From a virus (lineage: Duplodnaviria; Caudoviricetes), in the IMG/VR virus record IMGVR_UViG_3300037424_000062, positions 1-36,481 of that record: a stretch of DNA of 36,481 nucleotides, one strand, 5' to 3'. A model generated the notes under the pieces. That model worked only from the letters and a program-made list of their open reading frames with translations. It made no database searches and was not told the origin of the DNA. Positions 32,809-36,481 of this stretch are shown piece after piece. The first letter of the stretch is position 1, and the number at the start of each line of letters is the position of its first letter. Position numbers and translations under genes: made by a program.

Positions 32809-35204
32809 TGGCTGTCTTTAATCCACAGAACCCTGCAGCTAAACCTGAAGAGTTCCTAAACTATTCCAGACCTATTTCAGACTTGAGTGGCAATCAGTCA
32901 GGCAAGCTAATGCTTGAGGGTATCGGTGATGCGATTACAGGCACTGCCGGTCTGCTTGATACTGCGATCAAGAAAGGCATCTCGAATACCGTCTATGAGA
33001 AAGTCGACAAGGAACGCAATGATCTTACAGAAGGTCTAGAAAGAATTAAGACTGATCTCGATAATGCTAGTGCCGCTGCTCCTCCTGGTCAAAAGGTAGC
33101 CGCAGCTGATACTGGTAAGTCTTGGCTTGATGCTAACGCTAGTATGGATGATGAAGAACTACCTGCAGGTCTAGAGAATGGTCTGTCTAAGATACAGCAA
33201 CTTCGTCTAGCTCAGTCTCAGGGAAGTGCTAAGATCAATGATACTCAGTATTCAGGTAATGTCCTTGGCATAGCTAAACAGCTCAGGTCACAGTTCCCCG
33301 GACACAGAGAATACATCGATGAAGTAGTCTCCAAGGCTAGTGGTCTCCCTGTAGCGAACAGCTACTACAACAACCTCATGCTTGATATCAATCGTCAGCT
33401 TGCAGCCTCAGGAAAAGCTAAAGACGATATGGGTACTCTCATGGTTTCTGGTGTCAAGGAGGGTGTGCCTAACATGGCTGCCTTCATCACCATGCGTCAG
33501 AATGGTAATCCTAAATATCCCGGTGATGCGTACGTTCTTCAGAGGTACAACGACTGGACGAACCTCCAAGCTCAACAGAAGATTGATGCAGCTACTCGTG
33601 CTGAAAGCACTGCTACAGATGTAGATAAGGTTAAGAGAGAAACACGAAACCTCACTCGAAATGTCACGCAGCTAGTCACTGGCTATACTGAAGACATCAA
33701 TGCCCTTTCTGGTATGCCTTCTTTGAATGAGCTTAAGACTTACTTCGAAGATGTCTCTGCAGGTCGTATTAAGTCTGATGACACTGAAGTGCAACAGCGT
33801 GCTATGATGCTTCAGAAGTATCGGTCTGTTATTTACAGTCAGGCTCAGAAGTTTGCAGCAGGTCCCGGTTCAGTAATCGGTAATGACGCTGCTAACAAGA
33901 TCGTCAAAGACGCTATGGTTCCAGTTGATACGATCATCGAGCTAGCTAACAACAAAGAGACTGGTCCAGCTTTCTTCCACGCACGTCAGAACGTAGCTAT
34001 TATGGAAGATGAAAAGCACAACAACTGGCTCTTCAACAAAGATCGCATGGCGCTTTCTAGAAATCTGATGGGGGCCCGATCAGTTCTAGGTGAACAGTAT
34101 TTTCCAGATTATATACGTGGTATTCTCGAAGGTGGTGCTGATAAGTCCGTCAAGGATCTGTTCTCTCAAGAAGCAATGGCTGCAGTCCAACCTTTCGAAG
34201 ATGCACGAGGTAAGCCTATTCCGCGTTACATGAAGGACGCTGTTCAACATGCTAAGGGCAAGGAAGGTATTCCTCCTGAGTACTATGGTGACGTCACACG
34301 TCTAGTCAGTAAGATTGCTGATCCTAAGATGCCTATGGAAGCAAAGGATCGATTGATTGACTGGGCTTTTAATAAGAAGAACATCGGAGTTCTGAACGAA
34401 CTCAAGATGGACTATCGTGATCCCATTTCTGGTGAATGGATCCCTGGTAAGTATCGTGCATTCAACATCATGACTTCTCCTGCAGTTACTCAATCTGTCG
34501 TAGAGACTGCTAAATCGAAACCAGAGAACTTTCAAAAGTATCGTAACTGGGTTGAGAGTGAGTTCGGCACCCTATTTAGGAATGATCTAACGACACTTAA
34601 TAAAATACCACCTAAGACTTACCTAGGTGTAGGCTTCTCCTGGAATAGTGATACAAATACATTCGGACTAGTCGATAAGAAAAACCGTCCTGTTACTCGT
34701 CAGCAGATTGAACGTCTACCTGCAATTCAATTCCCTGATCAGAGATATATCTCAGGCATGCTTGAGATACTCGAAGACAAGGTAAATCCAGCTCTGAAGC
34801 GCATAGCTTTGATGCATAAGCAAGATCCTAATGCTGGTGATACTTCACAGTACGTTCTTCAGGTTCTGCAGACATCAGGCTTCCGTCCCGGAGATAAGAT
34901 CTCAGGTGCTACTGAAGGGATGATGAAAGCTCTAATCAAAGCTGGCAGTCCTAAGTTGACTCCTGAACAGCTTGACAAGCAGCTGCTCGGTGCTGCTCCG
35001 CTGGAGTTTGCTCCACAGGACAACCGTGGGGATCTTGGTACTTTCCTTAGTAATCCTGCGGGAAAACGTGGACAAGAGCTAGAGACACAACAGACTCGTG
35101 GAGTCATTCGTGGCAATCTCTCTGACCAACCACTCCTTGGAATGACTACTGAGGAAATTCCTCCCGGTGTTGATCCGATGGAATACTTCCGTAGGAAGAG
35201 ATAA
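32808..35204 (+). CDS. Internal virion protein
   Basis: 798 aa, helical, coupled to the previous gene. Confidence 0.7.
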   Translation: MAVFNPQNPAAKPEEFLNYSRPISDLSGNQSGKLMLEGIGDAITGTAGLLDTAIKKGISNTVYEKVDKERNDLTEGLERIKTDLDNASAAAPPGQKVAAADTGKSWLDANASMDDEELPAGLENGLSKIQQLRLAQSQGSAKINDTQYSGNVLGIAKQLRSQFPGHREYIDEVVSKASGLPVANSYYNNLMLDINRQLAASGKAKDDMGTLMVSGVKEGVPNMAAFITMRQNGNPKYPGDAYVLQRYNDWTNLQAQQKIDAATRAESTATDVDKVKRETRNLTRNVTQLVTGYTEDINALSGMPSLNELKTYFEDVSAGRIKSDDTEVQQRAMMLQKYRSVIYSQAQKFAAGPGSVIGNDAANKIVKDAMVPVDTIIELANNKETGPAFFHARQNVAIMEDEKHNNWLFNKDRMALSRNLMGARSVLGEQYFPDYIRGILEGGADKSVKDLFSQEAMAAVQPFEDARGKPIPRYMKDAVQHAKGKEGIPPEYYGDVTRLVSKIADPKMPMEAKDRLIDWAFNKKNIGVLNELKMDYRDPISGEWIPGKYRAFNIMTSPAVTQSVVETAKSKPENFQKYRNWVESEFGTLFRNDLTTLNKIPPKTYLGVGFSWNSDTNTFGLVDKKNRPVTRQQIERLPAIQFPDQRYISGMLEILEDKVNPALKRIALMHKQDPNAGDTSQYVLQVLQTSGFRPGDKISGATEGMMKALIKAGSPKLTPEQLDKQLLGAAPLEFAPQDNRGDLGTFLSNPAGKRGQELETQQTRGVIRGNLSDQPLLGMTTEEIPPGVDPMEYFRRKR

Positions 35205-35205
35205 G

Positions 35206-36456
35206 ATGGGAATTGGTACCTCACTAGGAGCTTACTTCGAAGATACATTTAAACATCAATCAGGTGTTGAAGAAGTAATCGAGCCTAAAGATCCAGGTGA
35301 CAAGAATGTCGTCTCTCCTGAAAAGAGAGAGACTGACAAGCAGCTGGAAGACATCCAGATGCAGGAACTCGGTGGTATAGATGTCTCATTTAAAACACCC
35401 GTAGGAGGCTCTACGGAGCCCGCTGGTGCGTTAAAATCAGAAGAGGCTACTGAGGTAGCTCCCAAAAATAAATCGTTCCTTGACCGTCTCTCAATAGTAA
35501 ATGCATTCAAAGGAATGATGAATCCCAATAACATCAAAGAAGACATTGAGATCTTTAAGAATCTCTGGTCTGCTCTCAAGCTACCGGGAGATGTCGCGAA
35601 GGGTGAGATTGATCCTAGTTCTCCTGAAGGCATTCAGAAAGCATTCGATCTAGCTCTGGCTGTCGGCACAGGCCGTATGCCGAAGGCTAAGGTAGAAGCT
35701 AAAGTTCTTGAAGGAGAAGTAATCCCTCCATACGAAACTCTTCCTTCAGTACAAGATACAGCGCGTCAAAGAATTGACGGTATTAGATCAGAACGTAATG
35801 CAAGAGAAGCTCGAGCTGATGCAATGTTTGCTCAAGAAGCTGACCCAATCTGGGCTGAACGAGATCGGCGTCTAGCGAGTCAAATTGAACGCTTCGAACA
35901 AATACCATTCGAGGGTCCTTCTGCATTTGATCCATGGGAACCTGTACCGAATAAGTTTGGAGGCAAGATGGCTGAACGTATAACTGAAGCAAAGGCTAAA
36001 GGAAGTCTAAACTTCTTTGAAACTCCTCAAGAACGAGCTTATGGTAAACATTACTTTGCTAGTGAGAATGGTGTTGGTGAGATTAATGTTCACTACCGTC
36101 CAGCTTCCAAGACGCTTCATGTCAGTGACATAGGCATTATTGAAGATGTTGCTGGAAATAAAGTCAATAATCTTAGTTACGAATCCTTTAGACAAGGACC
36201 TCAGTCAATAGGCTTTAAAGATACCAAGAAAGTTCTTCAATATCTGAAGGAGACTTATCCTGAAGCTGAATGGGTATCTGGTTACAGAGTGTCGGGTGCT
36301 CGTGAGAAGAAAGGCAGTGGCCCTGCTGAAGCTAAGATGTGGATCGGAAAAGGACCTAAGCCTAAGGCAAGCAAGCCTAAGCAGCTGACAGCCGAAGATT
36401 ATCAGAGAATGTCTGATGAACTAAATCAGCAGATAAGGGATGGTACTGCCAATTGA
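35206..36456 (+). CDS. Hypothetical protein, possibly a virion-delivered effector with a C-terminal GNAT-like domain
   Basis: ATG at 35206 with RBS TAGGA. Central LKLPGDVAKGEIDPSSPEGIQKAFDLA motif. C-terminal alpha/beta domain ending LKETYPEAEWVSGYRVSGAR. Confidence 0.55.
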   Translation: MGIGTSLGAYFEDTFKHQSGVEEVIEPKDPGDKNVVSPEKRETDKQLEDIQMQELGGIDVSFKTPVGGSTEPAGALKSEEATEVAPKNKSFLDRLSIVNAFKGMMNPNNIKEDIEIFKNLWSALKLPGDVAKGEIDPSSPEGIQKAFDLALAVGTGRMPKAKVEAKVLEGEVIPPYETLPSVQDTARQRIDGIRSERNAREARADAMFAQEADPIWAERDRRLASQIERFEQIPFEGPSAFDPWEPVPNKFGGKMAERITEAKAKGSLNFFETPQERAYGKHYFASENGVGEINVHYRPASKTLHVSDIGIIEDVAGNKVNNLSYESFRQGPQSIGFKDTKKVLQYLKETYPEAEWVSGYRVSGAREKKGSGPAEAKMWIGKGPKPKASKPKQLTAEDYQRMSDELNQQIRDGTAN

Positions 36457-36481
36457 CCTGTCATAAGCGATGATTTAACGA

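Noticed and set aside
4001-36465. 13-mer TTGACCTGTCATA at 4001 and 36453, with partial copies near 7371 and 7457
   Set aside because: Several 13-mer matches are expected by chance in 36 kb. One copy is inside a CDS and there is no integrase to suggest att sites.

Overview
This window is part of a lytic-type, short-tailed (podovirus-like) dsDNA phage genome. Its capsid, portal and terminase sequences and its two-arm layout resemble the Zobellviridae (SIO1/VpV262/cobavirus-like); that assignment is by recognition, not by a database search. The left arm (1-8725, minus strand) holds early and accessory genes, mostly small and unknown. They include a degenerate class II glutamine-amidotransferase-like protein, four classical C2H2 zinc-finger micro-proteins, a NYN/LabA protein that looks host-derived (Rhizobiales-like, suggesting an alphaproteobacterial host), and two tiny hydrophobic peptides facing an antisense sigma70 promoter. 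The same arm carries structured intergenic RNAs and tandem PhaR-type boxes. The centre (about 8730-10800) is an AT-rich divergence region with symmetric IHF sites, short repeats and a G-tract, and is probably the genome end junction. It also holds a SLOG + NADAR-like two-gene cassette. The right arm (about 10628-36456, plus strand) encodes the large terminase, portal, scaffold, major capsid, decoration proteins, two tail fibres, a GH108 endolysin with holin candidates and the tail adaptor. It continues with a small tail-region gene broken by a -1 frameshift at a canonical slippery site, the nozzle, three internal virion proteins and a possible virion-delivered effector. I saw no DNA or RNA polymerase, integrase, tRNA or CRISPR array in the window.
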